This document shows positions 11,601 through 24,600 of a stretch of DNA of 64,000 nt, one piece after another. The translations under genes and the position numbers were made by a program. The notes under the pieces are model-generated. The model worked only from the letters and a program-made list of their open reading frames with translations, searched no databases and was not told where the DNA came from. Location of the stretch: positions 1 through 64,000 of the forward strand of contig OY253677.1 in NCBI GenBank assembly GCA_958009085.1. Direction: 5' to 3'. Each line of letters opens with the position of its first letter. The stretch's first letter is position 1. The stretch comes from Protoeuglena noctilucae. Taxonomy: Eukaryota.

Positions 11601-14473
11601 AGACTGCCAAGGCTGAAGCTGCGAGAGCTGAAGCGGCCAAGGCAGAGGCAGCCAAGGCAGAGGCTGCCAGGCTGGAAGCCATGAGGTGAGCATGGCATGC
11701 GGGGAGGCAGCCTCAGCGCGTGAGCTTGTGTCCATGTCATGTGCAGCATGTCGTGTGCATGTTGTGCATTCCTTCTTTGCAGACTCGCGGTGTCTGAGGT
11801 GCCCGCGCTGGCCCCCCACAAGCTGGCGGGGGCGGACGCAGAGGCGCTGAGGGACGCGGCGGTGATGCGGGTGCTGAGGGTGAGGGCGCACGGGGCGGAC
11901 GGGGGGGACGCCAGGCGGGGGCTGCTGGCGAGGCTGGCGGCGACGGCAGGGGGGGAGGGGGTGCGCAGGGCGGTGGTGGCGAGCGTGGTGGCGCGTTGCC
12001 GTGGGCCCGCGGCGGAGGAGGGGGTCGACCTGGCCGTGCGGTGAGTGTGGCCTGGGGATGGGGTGTGACACATGACGCGACATGCATGCGATCAGAAGTG
12101 CATGACGGCCAGGGGATGGCATGTGCATGCATATGAACATGGCCATTCGCCCGCCCCCGCAGCCTTCTGTACGCGGTGGCGGCGGGGAGCAGCCAGGGCC
12201 GCGCGTCGGGGCTGGGGGTTGAGGGGCCGTACGCGGCTCTGCTGGGGGAGCTGCTGGGTGCCATGCGGGAGGGGCTGCGGGGAGCGGACGCGGGGGCGGC
12301 GAGGCGGGTGCTGGTGGACGCGCCGTGTCTGCCCGAGGGGGCGGTGGGGGCGTGGCTGCGGGGGGCGGTGGCGGGGGGGGCGCCGTGGGCGGGGCTGGCG
12401 CTGGCGGCGTGCCGGGACGTGATGCTGCTGCACCCGCCCTGCCGCGCGTGGGTGCTGGGCGCGGTGCTGGGCGCGGCGACGGGGGAGGACGAGGACGCGC
12501 GGGACAAGGCGGGGCGCCTGGTGCGGAACCGGCTGTGGGAGGAGGGGACGCTGCGGGGGATGGTGGAGGAGGCGGTGGTGGGGGAGCTGGAGGGAGTGGC
12601 GAGGGGAACGGGGGAGGGGCAGGGTGAGGAGTTGTGCATGTGCCACTGCCCAGTCCAATCCACCGCCTATGTGCTGTTCAACACAACCCCCCCTCGTGCA
12701 TCGCCCCTTGTCTGCAGAGCAGCGGGACCAGCGCTGTGTCTCCCTCTTCCTGGCGCTGTGCACCCGCAACCCCGCCCTCCTCCGCCGCGCCTTCGCCCTC
12801 TTCCCCTCCCTGCCCCCCCACGCCCGGCAGGCGCTGCTCCGGGACTCGGCCGACCTCGCCCGCGCCCTGGGCCCCGTCTCTCCTCCGCTGCTGGCGCTGC
12901 TGGACGACCTGCCCCCGGGGTCGGACCCCGTGGCGCTGCGCATGGCACACACGCTCACGGAGGGGGAGACGCCAGAGCTGCTGCTGGCCATCCTCAGGCA
13001 ATGGAAGGGGAGGGGGGGAGAGGGGTGGCAAGGGATGCGGGGGCTGCTGAGTTGCTGCAGAGACAGGAGCTACTTGGCATGTAACGGCCACTCATGCTGC
13101 GTCTGTCTGCATTCAGTCCATCCCTTTCCTTGTCTGTCCACTGTCTGCCCGCCCCCCCCATCCCCCCCCCTGTGGTCGCTCGCAGGAGGCGCGGCCTGCT
13201 CCCCCACGGCGCCCGCTTCCTGGCCCTGGCGCTGCCCTTCCTCTCCCGCGACGAGGCCCTCTCCCACCTCGCCACCCTCCCCCAGCTGCCCCTCAGCGAC
13301 CTCCGCGCCACCTGCACCCGCCTGTGCCTGCGCTCCTCCCGCCCCGGGGGCCCCCTCCTCTCTGCCACGGACCTCCTCGTGGCCCTCCACCAGCTGCACT
13401 CGGAGGGGGAGGCACTCAAGGCCCAGGTCGAGTGCCTCACGCGGTGCATCAAGGACCCCGCGCTGCAGCGGGTGTTCACATCGGACCACCTGCGGTCGGC
13501 ACTGCCGCGGCTGGCGGTGCTGGCGCCCCTGCCCAGGCTGCTCATGCGCACCGGTGAGGCATGCGATGGGTGCTGCTGTGGTCGCTGCCTTGCCAGTCCA
13601 TGCCTTGACTCACGTCCGTAATAGTGACACTAAGCGTCGTGATGGTTACCAAGGAGTGACACTCACCACCTCTGGTTCTTTCCCGCTCCCCCAGTGCTCC
13701 TGGCATTGAAGGAGGACCCCTCCCTGATGACGCTGGTGCTGACGCTCCTGGAGCAGCTGGTGCAGAGGCGCGTGTGGGAGAGCAGGGACGTGTGGCGCGG
13801 GTATGTGCTGTGCTGCTACGAGACAAGGCCGCGTTCGCTGCCGGTTCTGGCGTCACTGCCGCCACAGCAAATCGCGGACGCCATCGCCGTGCAGCCGAGG
13901 CTGGCGGAGCCCATGATGCGGCTCTGCAAGGCGAGGGGGAGGGGTGGGCACACGCAACCACGCACTGCACCACGGAGCTGGCTTGTCGCTGTGTGGCGTG
14001 TCCCCATGACATTCAGTGCCATGGTCTCTTCATCCTAGTCATCCCATACCAACCCCTGTTCTGTCCCCAGGCTGCCAGCCTCCCCCGTGCGACGGTCCAG
14101 GCCATTGAGGGGGCACAGGCGCGGGCGAGGGAGGCGCTGGCCAGGGAGGGGCAGGGAGCGGGGAACAAGCGGCCGGCACAGGTGAGGGGTGTGGGGATGG
14201 CATGAGTGGTGAGGGAGTGGTGTGAGGATGGGTGAGGTGCTGGTTGGTAACTGGGGTGGGTGGTGCGTGTATGGATGGATGCTTGCGTTGAGCGGCTGGT
14301 GTCTCTGTGTGAGACACCGCAATGCTCCCCCCGTTGCGCAGGATGCCCTCCCCGCCCCCGATGCCAAGGCGGCCCGGCCAGCCCCGGCAGCCGCGGCAGT
14401 GACAGCGGCCAAGGCAGCGGCACCGGACCGATCGGTGGCGGGGCCCATGACCATCGACTGGGACGAGGAGTAG
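8699..14473 (+). CDS. SYMPK: Symplekin/Pta1 (pre-mRNA 3'-end processing scaffold), multi-exon
   Basis: N-terminal helical exons (SAWVRVAAVRFVELLVRLYT). C-terminal symplekin domain LPRLLMRT|VLLALKEDPSLMTLVLTLLEQLVQRRVWESRDVWRGYVLCCYETRPRSLPVLASLPPQQI. About 13 introns; stop TAG at 14471-14473. Confidence 0.85.
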
Positions 14474-15383
14474 GGCAACGGTGAGGGAGCATGGAGTGGG
14501 ACGACGATTGGGGGGAGTGGGGAAAGTGGCAGTATCAGTTGGCGCATGTTATGAACCGAAGTGACGGTGCCAAGAGAGACGCCATGCGTGGCGCATACCC
14601 TCCACTTGGGCAGGGCTGTTCGCTCGTTGCTTTGCCTGTTGGATGCGTTGCCCTTGAAATGCGCAAGGGGCTGAGCGCCCTCTCATCGAGGAAGGGCAAA
14701 GGGCACGTGTGCGCGCGCTTGGAAAGGAGAGGCCGCAGCGCAGCGATGGAAATGAGCACAGAGGCGGCGACTCACGTGAATGCGGGGAGTGCGCCGAGGC
14801 AGCGGGTCGCGACTCCAGAGGGTTGCGCGTAAACAGAGCGGGTGGTGCTGGGGAATGGCCCACCTCTATGCAGCGGGCCATGCCCCGCCTCTATGCGCAA
14901 CCAGTCAGCTCAGCGCTAGGGTGCTTATTGCAGCGTGCATATGGGCCACGCCACCAGGGATGCGGCGATACGGAGTGGGCCCAACGGCTATGCAGGGTTA
15001 CCAGCGGGGTCGGCAGCCAGCGCGGGCACACGCGGCAAACGTGTGCGCGCGGTGCCTGGCTGCTCGGCTAGCATGGCGCTAGGGATGCCAGGCAATGCGA
15101 ACTAGGGTATTGCCGTCTAAGCAGGCGAGGTGCCGGGTCCCCCAGGCCCCGCGACCCGGGGTGCGGGGGGGGACAGCGTGGCACCCTCATGCATGCATCA
15201 GGCTTACGGACTGCCCAGCGTGTTGTGGCTGCAAGCGATGCGCCGCCTGGTGACTCATCCAGGCAAACCAACAGCCGGGGGAGGGGGCGACGTCCACGCC
15301 CACCAGGCGCAGAGCGCGGGAGCTAGGGAGAGGATGGATGGGGGAGGGTCAAGGGAGGTCGTGTCATGTCTGCCGTGGCGAGA

Positions 15384-16430
15384 TCAATGCCCCTGCACAG
15401 ACGCAGCCACGTGCCCGGTGGCGACTGCCATGGGCATGGCAGTGGCAGTGGCAGTGGCGGTGCCGTGCTTGGGCATCAGGGGGGAGGGGCAGGCGCGGAT
15501 GACGGAGGAAGCGCCAGACGGGCAGGGGCCGGATGGGAGAGAGGGGGGGAGGGACGCTCGCGTGGAACGCGGGGCCCGCTGCGGGGATGGGGGCAGAGAG
15601 GGGCAGCTCTTGGCCGTCATGGGCGGTCAGTCAGGCACAGCCAGGGGCATGTTGGCGACCACCGCGTGCCGCTGTCGGTGCGTCGACCCACCTCGGCGTC
15701 GCAGGCGAGGCCCCTGCAGCGGCCGTGCGCGCGCATGGGCGACACGCAGGCGGGGACGTCCGACCCCATGCGGGAGCGGTGGGTGCGGGCGCGGGGGATG
15801 GGGGGGTCCGAGGCGACCTGCCGGGTGGGGAGGGGGACGGGCGCCGAGGCAGAGGAGAGCTTGGAGGGGGTGGGGGGGGTCGCACGGCTGGGGCGGGGCA
15901 GGGGGGGCTTGGGGGTGGAGGCGGAGGCGGACTTGGGGGCCTGGGACAGGGCGCGCTTGGCGACAGCCGCCGCGCCGATCATCGCGGATGTCCTCTCGAT
16001 GGGGACGCACGAGGGCCCGCTCGACTGCGCAGGGCCCAGCATGACCTGCGGGCGTGGGGGTGGAGATGGCGATGGCGTCATCGTCGGTGTCATGCCCGCG
16101 TGGTGGCGAGCGGGGAGACTGGAAGCGTCGGGGCCACTCACTTTCTGCTGCACCAGTGCCACGGGGATGCTGTCCAGGAAAGCCTGGGATCGGTGCCTCT
16201 GGGAGACCGCCTGCAGGGTGGGGGGGGTGGGACGCTGGTTACGGACAGTCAATCTCTGCGGCATCCCAGGGCCTCCGCCTTACATGGGCTCGGCCGACAA
16301 TCACCTTGCGCCACTCGCACGCGGCGTCGGGGGGGCAGGCGGGCCGGGCCAGGAGGCCACAGACGGGCGTGGGGGGAGGCGAGAGGGGGAGCGAGAGCGC
16401 CACCTCGCGCGGGGAGTCGACGCAGGCCAT
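15384..16430 (-). CDS. Hypothetical Pro/Ser/Arg-rich protein, multi-exon; 3' end uncertain
   Basis: ATG at 16430 (MACVDSPREVALSLPLSPP...EWRK), GT-AG intron, exon RLTVRNQ...RSQAFLDSIPVALVQQK, intron, exon VMLGPAQSS.... No recognisable domain. Confidence 0.4.
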
Positions 16431-16963
16431 CTTGTCCTCGAAGGGAACGAGAACGATGAGCGGTTGCGAGGGCTCTGCGGGCGGAGAGGAGGCTGGGGAA
16501 GGTGGCCTCTAGGGTGGCCCCTCCGAGGGCGCTCGCCGGAGGCTCGGAGAGCGTCGCGCCGGCCCACTGCGACGTTATTTGGAGCCAAAAAACACGCAGC
16601 AGTCCCCGGAGGAGCGCGGGGGGCCCGCGCGGGGCGCAACTCGCGGGGGGTGCCGGGGTCGGCGCGAGCGCCGCGTCGCCGGCTCCTTGCACCCTCGGCG
16701 CGCCAGCAGCGCCACAATACGACCATTCCGACCCAATAAGCAGCCTGGAACGCTTCCTTGCCTGCCGGGGGACGGAGCGGCGGCAGCTGGGCGATGCCTG
16801 TGCGAAGGAGGGGGTCGCGGGGCGATAGACGGATTGCAAAAGGATGCGAATAAAGGATCGGAGCGCGAATTGGCGGTGCAGGTGGCGCGGGATGCGCAGG
16901 AGAGGGCGGAGGGCGTTGACACAGCCAGTGGACCCTGACTCGGGGCTGACTCCAGCAAGGTCC

Positions 16964-18472
16964 TCATGTCGCGTCTGCGCCGTCACAGATGAGCCTCGTG
17001 GCAGCGAGCATGGCGATGGCGGCCGTCTCGGTCCGCAGCCGCAGCGGGCCCAGGCTCACGACCCTGGCGCCCGCCGCGACCATCGCCTCCGCCTCGGCCG
17101 AGGTGAAGTCGCCCTCGGGGCCTACGATGAGCTGCGCGGGCGGAAGCATGCATTGAAGCCACTCGCTGCCGGTGCGGGCGACTGCAGTGTCCGTGAAGAG
17201 GCACTCACCATGACGGAGCCTCGCCGCGCCACTGACAAATCCAAGGCAGCCAGAGCCGCGGCGAGCGTCAGCTGGCTCGGCCCCGCAAGCAGCGCGCAGT
17301 CGCAGGAGCGCACCAGGTCGCACAATCCCGCCACGTCGGCGGTGGGCATCAGCCGTGTGCCGTGGACCCTGCGAGGCATGGGGAGGCAGATATCACCTGC
17401 CTCTCTTGCAGCGGCACTGCGACGGGCGGCATAACCACTTTCCTCCACCCGCGTCCTCGCCTCATCGACTGCTGGTTGGCCGCGTGCACCAGGCGGCCCC
17501 ACCGCGCCTGGCGCCCGGCACCCGATGCGTCCGACCCGGCGTCGTCGTCGAGTGCCGGGCGGCTCTCCCGCTTACCGCCCGGCAGCCGGGAGCGCTCCGT
17601 CTCCAGGGCGCGGATGGACCACGCCCCCAGCTGCGGGGGCCGTGCGGGGCGGCGTGCAACATGTCAAGCCAGCTGCTGTGTGCAGCAAAAAGGTCTCTTT
17701 GAGGGATCAAGTAAGCGCAGGGGTCGTTAAGACCACGCACCTCGGTGGCCTTCTCGAAGAGCCAGTCCCCGCGCCCGCCCTTGAGGGTGGCACACGCGGC
17801 CACCAGCTCCACGCGGGGCCCCGACCACGCCACCTCCGCGGCGTCCTCCAGCGCCACCACGGTCACGTCCCTCTGCGGCAGGCGAGAGTTGAGATATGGA
17901 GGGCCATGTCGCCTATGACTGGCGGAGCCAGGGCAGCGCAGGCGAAAGGCTGGGCTGCTGCCCTCGCCTTGGAAATCGCGGCCACCTGGCACTGCGCAAG
18001 CCTCCCCGCTCCGTCGCACAGCTCCACACGATCGCCCTCTTTCAGACGCAGGGACTTGACTGCGGGGAGAGAGTGAAAGGATTCTCAATTTGATAACGGA
18101 AGCGGGGCTGCGAGCAGTCACCCCCGCGCACAGGCGCACCCGCGTGGTTCCAGTCCCCCCCCTCCAGCGTCGCCACTCCTTGGGCCATCGTCGGCATCCT
18201 GGCTGGGTCCACGAAGAAGCGCGGCCGCCGGGACGTCCCAGACGCCTCCTCCCAAGGATAGGTGGGGGCGTGCGACTGCGATGGACAGGAAGCCGCGCCT
18301 GGTACCACGACTGGAAGTTTAAAATGCATCTCAGATGCGTCGCGGAGGAAAAATCCAGTCCCACCTGCTCCCGGGAGCGCGCAGCAGCTGCCCGGCTTGT
18401 TTGGTGCCTGGGCGGCGCGACCCGCCTCTGCCAGGCCCGCAGTCGAGCAGTGTGACGAATGGAGGACAGCAT
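16964..18472 (-). CDS. rsmE: RsmE-family 16S rRNA m3U1498 methyltransferase with organelle-targeting N-terminus, 7 exons
   Basis: Spliced: PRFFVD...NHA|VKSLRLKEGDRVELCDG...LKGGRGDWLFEKATE|LGAWSI...AANQQSMR...|LIVGPEGDFTSAE...VSLGPLRLRTETAAI (SPOUT RsmE motifs). Two GC-AG introns. Confidence 0.93.
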
Positions 18473-18930
18473 GCCTGCTTTGGCTATCTCGACTGGCAGG
18501 AGATGGGCTGCTCGGGGACGCACTCGCAAGCTGCCGCACGGGATTGGGCGAATGCCACAAATCGCGCGCCGGACAGCGAGCGATTGCGGTGAAGTCGACA
18601 GCCTGAGGTCTCAATGTGGCTGCAGGTCTGTCAGAGACAGCTGGCTTCAAAATGCACCAGACAAATTGTGCTTTGAAAGCTCCAAGAGGGCTCAGAGTGC
18701 TACGCTGCCCCTCAATGCAGTGACTGCCACGCCGACTCCGAGGGCAGCGCTCATGAATAACCCATGCAGCCCCAGCGAGATGGCTCGGATGGGCTGCCGG
18801 CAGCAACGTGACGACGCCAACCTCAGCCCTGCTCGTGCCGCGTCCCCCATAGTTCGGCACATCACACCCCCCCCCACCCCCCGCACTTCTTTCACCCGGC
18901 GTGCGCCGGGTGGGACTCTGCCAGCCCCAC

Positions 18931-19521
18931 TCACGCGGCGTTCTTCAGGGCCGTGAGCTGGTCCAGGAGGTCCTGCAGGGCGTGGTCGTCGATCTGCTCC
19001 GGCGTCAGAGACGGCGCATAGGCACGCGCTTGCGAGGGCAGCTCCGGCAGAAGCGTGCCGATGATGGAGCCCTGAGAGCGGGGCAAGGGCCGAGTTGCAT
19101 ACGTCAACACAAAACCAGAGGCTCTGCAGAGAGCCAGCAAAGGCGCAACGCACAATGGCCGTGAGAGTCGCAACTCCCACCTGGGTCTCCGTCAGCCCCG
19201 CTCGCCGCATGACGTCCCGCGCCTGGGTGCAGAGGTGGTCGTCGGGGAACTCGCGCACGGCCAGCGTGTAGACCCGCGCCTGCTCCAGAATCTCGCTCGT
19301 CCGGAAGTCCGGATCACGCTTCTGCGCGGGGGCAACCGGCGGGCTGAGAGGCTGCGGCGACGGCCTGGCCGCAGCGCCGCGCACGCGAACGACGCCCCCT
19401 CCCTGCTCGCCTGCTGCGTCTTAATGTGCTTCTCGATGACCAGCGCGACTTCGCTGGCGAAAAAGGTGTTGGCATTCTCGAATCGCGCCGCGATCTCCGC
19501 CTCGTCCTGCGTGGTGGCCAT
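18931..19521 (-). CDS. RPB4: RNA polymerase II subunit RPB4-like, 3 exons
   Basis: FENANTFFASEVALVIEKH|KRDPDFRTSEILEQARVY...GLTETQ|GSIIGTLLPELPSQARAYAPSL...IDDHALQDLLDQL matches the RPB4 pattern, somewhat divergent. Confidence 0.8.
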
Positions 19522-19799
19522 GGCGGGCGACGCGGATGGCCCCTCCCGCGTTGTCACGTCTCCGCGCGGGAAGGCGCGCCCATCGGTGACATCCTGGCGC
19601 TGGCGTGGTGAGACGAGGGGGCCAGCGTGGTTAAACGGCTCACAGCCGTCGCCAGTCTCTGGCGGTCCCGACGCAAGAACTGCCCCAGTCTCGCCGCCTT
19701 CACGCGGATGGACAGCGCTCTTAACACAAATGTTGCGCGTCTCCTTTCCTCGTCTTCAACCTGCCCCGACGCTCATCGAAGCGCCTTCCCTCCCCCGCG

Positions 19800-20775
19800 A
19801 TGCCGCCCGCACCGTGGAAGGCGTCCGTGCAGGCTTCCCTGAAGGCCAATGGCCGTCATATGCCGTACGCCAAGTACTTGCAGCTAGCGACGGTGCGGGC
19901 GGACGGAGCGGGGCCGGCCAATCGCACGGTTGTGTTCCGGTGCGTGAGATGCGCGCGTGCTGTCCCGACCCAACACCCTGTGGGTCCACCTGGCGTGCAA
20001 CACACATACTGCCCACCGTGCTACCCCCTCTGCGCGACCAGAGACTTCCTTGGGGACGCGAGGGACGAGCTGACGTTCGTGACGGACGCGCGCAGCGGCA
20101 AGGTGGCGGAGGCGGGGGCGTGCCCGTGGGCCGAGGTGGCGTGGTACTTCCCAGGGACGCGGGAACAGTACAGGCGAGGGGCACGGATGGGTGGACTATG
20201 GCTGAACAGCGCAGGGCAGGGCAGTCCCGGTCACACCTGCCGCGTGCCCCGCTGCCGCACAGGATCTACGGTCGCCTGTCCGTGGTGGGCGCGGGGGGCC
20301 ACGCGGGGCAGGAGTGGCCCGGGAGCCCACCCCTGGGGGAGCTGCAGTCGGCGCGGCGGGGCGCGTGGGCGCGGCTGTCGGACGAGGCACGCAAGCAGTT
20401 CTGCTGGCCGCAGCCGGGGGCGGGGCGCGAGGCGGACGACGCGGCCTTCACAGGTGGGGGTCGGTGTGAAGAGTGTGCGGGCGGGGGCTGTGTCGGGTGC
20501 CATGACCTGTCCCCCGTGTGCCCCTGCATGCAGACCCTCCGGGGGTGCCGGGGGCGGGGGAGGACCCCGCGCGTCACTTCTGCCTGGTGGTGCTGTGGCC
20601 GGTGCAGGTGGACCACCTGCAGCTGCGCGGCAACCGGAGACACATGGTGCGGGGGAGGCGGCTGGCATGCGTGGGTGTGGATGGCCATGAGTGTAGGCAC
20701 CACGGCACCTCCCCCGTTCCGCAGTACACGCGGGTTGAGGACGGGAGCTGGGCCAAGCGAGCCGTGAACCCCTGA
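19800..20775 (+). CDS. Pyridoxamine 5'-phosphate oxidase-like FMN-binding protein (alr4036-type PPOX family), 5 exons
   Basis: YLQLATV...PANRTVVFR|DFL...FVTDARSGKV...AEVAWYFPGTREQYR|IYGRL...AWARLSDEARKQFCWPQPG...HFCLVVLWPVQVDHLQLRGNRRHM|YTRVEDGSWAKRAVNP*. Confidence 0.9.
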
Positions 20776-21626
20776 CAGGGACATGCGTGGTTACAGCCTG
20801 CCATTATTAAGAGAAACAGCCTTGAGTCGCGGCAAATGACACTATTGGCGAAGGGCTGCTAGGTCAAAATGCCAGTTCTGCGCGCTCGCTCACTCAAACG
20901 CATGCATCTGTCGACTGGTAGGCTGATTCTCATTTATCTGCCGTGGAAATGCAGCTTCATTGGCTTTCGACTGTTTTGAGATCGATTGTTTAATCCGGAC
21001 TCATCTCAAGCGCGTTAGAAGGCTCCTTCGCACGGGAGATCGTTTACAGCGGCTCACGTGAGATAGATTTGCTACTCGCGACCATCGCCGAGAAGGGGAG
21101 CCCTGAAAACCCTTTTCCGGGCTGTGCGGAGGCCTACAAGCACCCTCCTCAGCAGTGCTTCGCTGTAGTGAGAAACGTCCAGACACTCTTGCGCTGGTGA
21201 GGTGCGGAGAACTTATGCTTGCCGCGTGGGCCCTATAACTCCTTGCATGCAACAACATGATTGAGGCTGATTTGCGCGCGCAGAGCGGGGCGGCTTGGGC
21301 GAGACCCCGGTGCATCTTAGATATCTTCGTACGAGCAATCGACAGAGTAGGCGATTTGACCTTCGCGTCGCTCAGAGGGAGAGTCAAGCCTAGGCGCCCT
21401 ACTTCCCGGATCGCTCCTCCAGCGGTGCCCCCGCCGGCGTCGGCTGGTGCCGGTCCTCGCTTTCAGAGTGAGTACACAACGCATCCAATGCTTCGCATTA
21501 CTGCATGTTGTGGAAACGTGCAAACGCTTTATCAGAGGACCCAAACCACAGACGCCATCTTCTGCAGGGTCCTCTGAGGCCTGTTTTGTGGTCTTACCTG
21601 GCTAAGTCAAGCTTACGAGCACAGAC

Positions 21627-24600
21627 ATGTCTGGTTTGATTCTCCGCGCCGGTGTCCCGGACCCGGAGATGGGCAAGAACTGCTGCTTCGTGAGCACGGC
21701 AGCACGACTCGTCACGAGCGGTCCCCTTCTGCGGTAAGCTGCCCGTAATGTGTGCCATGAACACAAGCAGGCAAGTACCGGACCTGATATTTATTCGATC
21801 GGTCCACTCTTGCCGTCTTTGCAGTGCCTGCATCGACAAACTGTCCAATTTGGACGCTTCAGCCTCCGACAAGCGAGCGTCGGCGGCCTCCATGCTGCTG
21901 ACAGTCCTCACGGTGAGTGATTTTGCCGCTCCTGTACGTTCGCGCACGACTTTCTCCTTACCCCTGGTCCTGCACAAGGTGCCGTAGCGTTGCCGTGGCT
22001 TGCAGGGGGTGGTGGGGACGTTCTCGACGCGCGAGTACATGGACGTGGACGAGTACAAGGTCCTAATTGACAAGCGTGAGTGCAAGGGAAACCAGGTACA
22101 CCATGTAAGCTCTAGCGAATCCAGCGCCAACCAGAAAACCCCCACAACATCGTCCGCAGTCTGCTGGGCCATGCACGAGGCCTCGCTTGTGGGGCACGGG
22201 GACGACGGGTGCCAGCGCTTATCCGCCAAGATCATCGAGCACCGGCAGGAAAACAACTTGTCCGAGACGGTCGACCTCGTCTTTGCAGCTGTCGAGGCCG
22301 TCATGGGTGCCCCCGGGCTCGTGCTTGTAGCGACACGGGTCTGCTTGATCGCGGACGATCTCATGCGTGGGGTGAGCAGAGTGGCGGGGAAGGCGCTGGA
22401 TGCAGAGACTTCGCGACATGCACCCTATCTTGCGCGAGACCAAACATCGTGGCCGTTGCTGCAGGGTGTGGAGAGCAGCCAGTACTACAACGGAGCAACG
22501 GACATCGTGTCGGCCTCCATTGGCTATGACGAGGCGACGTTGTCAGAATCGCACGACCGCAGGAAGAGCGCTATCCAAACCCTGGCCTCGCTGTACGAGC
22601 CGCACGTGAGGGCCGCGTCGCTTTGCTAGGCAGGGAATGATGTTGAATGGTGGCTGGCTTGGAAGTGGAGGTACCAGCTTGGATATGGAGTGAAAGGCAA
22701 CTACATCGCGCCTATACCGCAGGGAGCGCACCTGCTGGCTCTCGGCGCCTTCAACAGTGACCAGAGGCACTACGTGTCCCTGGCCCTCCGGAACGGCACC
22801 TGGTTCCTTTTCGATGGGCCCACCGCCAAGGCGAGTCGCGCTGCTGTGATGCTGAGGCAGAGATGGGCATCATCATTTGCATGCCTGCGTCGACATGCGT
22901 ATGTCACCCGACAGTGCCTGCAGGATCTCGGCAGCTGGGACAAGGCTGTCCAGTACCTCGTCAACAAGCGCTTCGTCCCTTGGGAGGCTCTTTATGAGAA
23001 GAGCAACGGAGAAAGCGCTGGCTTGCCGGCCTCCCCAAAGGCGGTCATGAAGCAGGCCGAGAAGCGCAGGGCACCGCAGGTCGTGTCAGTGGAAGTTGTC
23101 CGCCGCCCTCGTGTTGCTGCGAAGCGCAGCTTTCTCACGCCTTCACAAAACGTTCGTGGGGAGCAGGCGAGGGCAGGGCAGCGCTGCAGCAATGTACCTG
23201 TTACTTGGCCAGGCGTGCTTGTATTGCGTCTAAAGCAGTTGGATTTAAAGGGTATAACATATTTCATTTGGTCCCATTCGCAGGCGACGCCCGCGTTTTC
23301 ATCGGTCGCGGACACGGTGGCAGAGGAGGCTCCGGCTGCATTGTGCCCGGTGCCCCCCTCCATGGACTGGGACGGCCGCCACTACACCATCATCTCCTCC
23401 GACTGTCCCGACATTGGCATTCCGATCCGCAGCCCAGCCAAACGGTCGGGAACCCGCCGCGCTGCACAGCACGACATGTCAGGGGGCTTGCTGGGTCTAT
23501 TCTTCGGGCCCGGCGCTGTGGGACAGGGGCATCAAGCGCAAGGGCGCGACGCTCACGTCGATGGCAGTGGGCGCGTGACACTCAAGCAGGGCAGCCCCGT
23601 CGTTGGGCCGGCCCCGAGTCGGTCCCTGCCCTCGAAGCAGCGCCGCCGGATGCCCTGCGCGGTCGAGGATTCCGATATGGAATACCCTCACGCGAGTTCA
23701 GCGAAGGAGGGCAGTGTACTCTCGACATGGCAGCGGCATCAGCCCGCGAGACGCGAGCGAAATGGCCGCTTCTCCCTGACCAGGCGGCCGACGGGAGGGT
23801 CGGTGACGGATACCGACACAGCATCACTGGGGAGCCCCTCCTCGTCTGGGAGCTCGCGTGAGCGCTGGCGGTCTGCCGACAACCGATTCGACATGCTCGC
23901 CGACAATCTCTCTCTGCTCCCGGAAGCGGCAAAGGAAGACGAGCGCTTGGGGCGGGACATGAGCAGCGCCGCGCTTCCTGTCGCGCCCGAGAGCAACCAC
24001 CATGGACAGCGACAGCACGACGTTTTTACTGGGAGAAAAGTCTCGACTGTGCTTCAAACGTCGTTACGGCGGGCAATGTCGGCTCGTCCGGCACTCAGGC
24101 TCCGGGGGGGCGGCGGCGACCCACCAAGCTCTCCATCGTCTGGCGTCGACATTTTAATGGCCGGTGCTTCCACTAACGAAGCGGCTGTTGACGAGTGTCC
24201 GAGGTGCTGCAAGAAACGGCAAAAAAACTGGCAGCGGTCAGCCGAGGGGCGGCAGGGTTGGCAGTGGGGGTGGCAGTGGGATGGGGCTGACGGAGCCGAA
24301 ACGGGGCCGCGAGAGCACGGCAGATGAGACTGATCCAAAGCAAGCGAGGCTGACGGAGTTCTATAAACAGTCTCGCAGCGGCTTCATGATGAGCAAAGCA
24401 GCAAACGCCCCGGTGGCCATGTCAAGCCACGCAGTCATCACCCAGCCTTCGCCTTCTTGCGTTGGCGACACCATTGGCAGTAAGGAAAAACGTGCTATCG
24501 CCGTTTCCGACAGCGAGGATTCAGACGAGCACAGGGGCAACAAAGGGCTCGCTCAGTGCAGCACTGGCAAACCGTTGCACGTGTCTGGCAACCCGTTGCA

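Noticed and set aside
11596..11680. AEAAK-type repeat in symplekin
   Set aside because: Short low-complexity helical linker; ordinary.
14500..16740. Long plus-strand ORFs (e.g. 15366-16739, 457 aa)
   Set aside because: Gly/Arg-rich antisense shadows expected at this GC content; splice signals favour a minus-strand gene.
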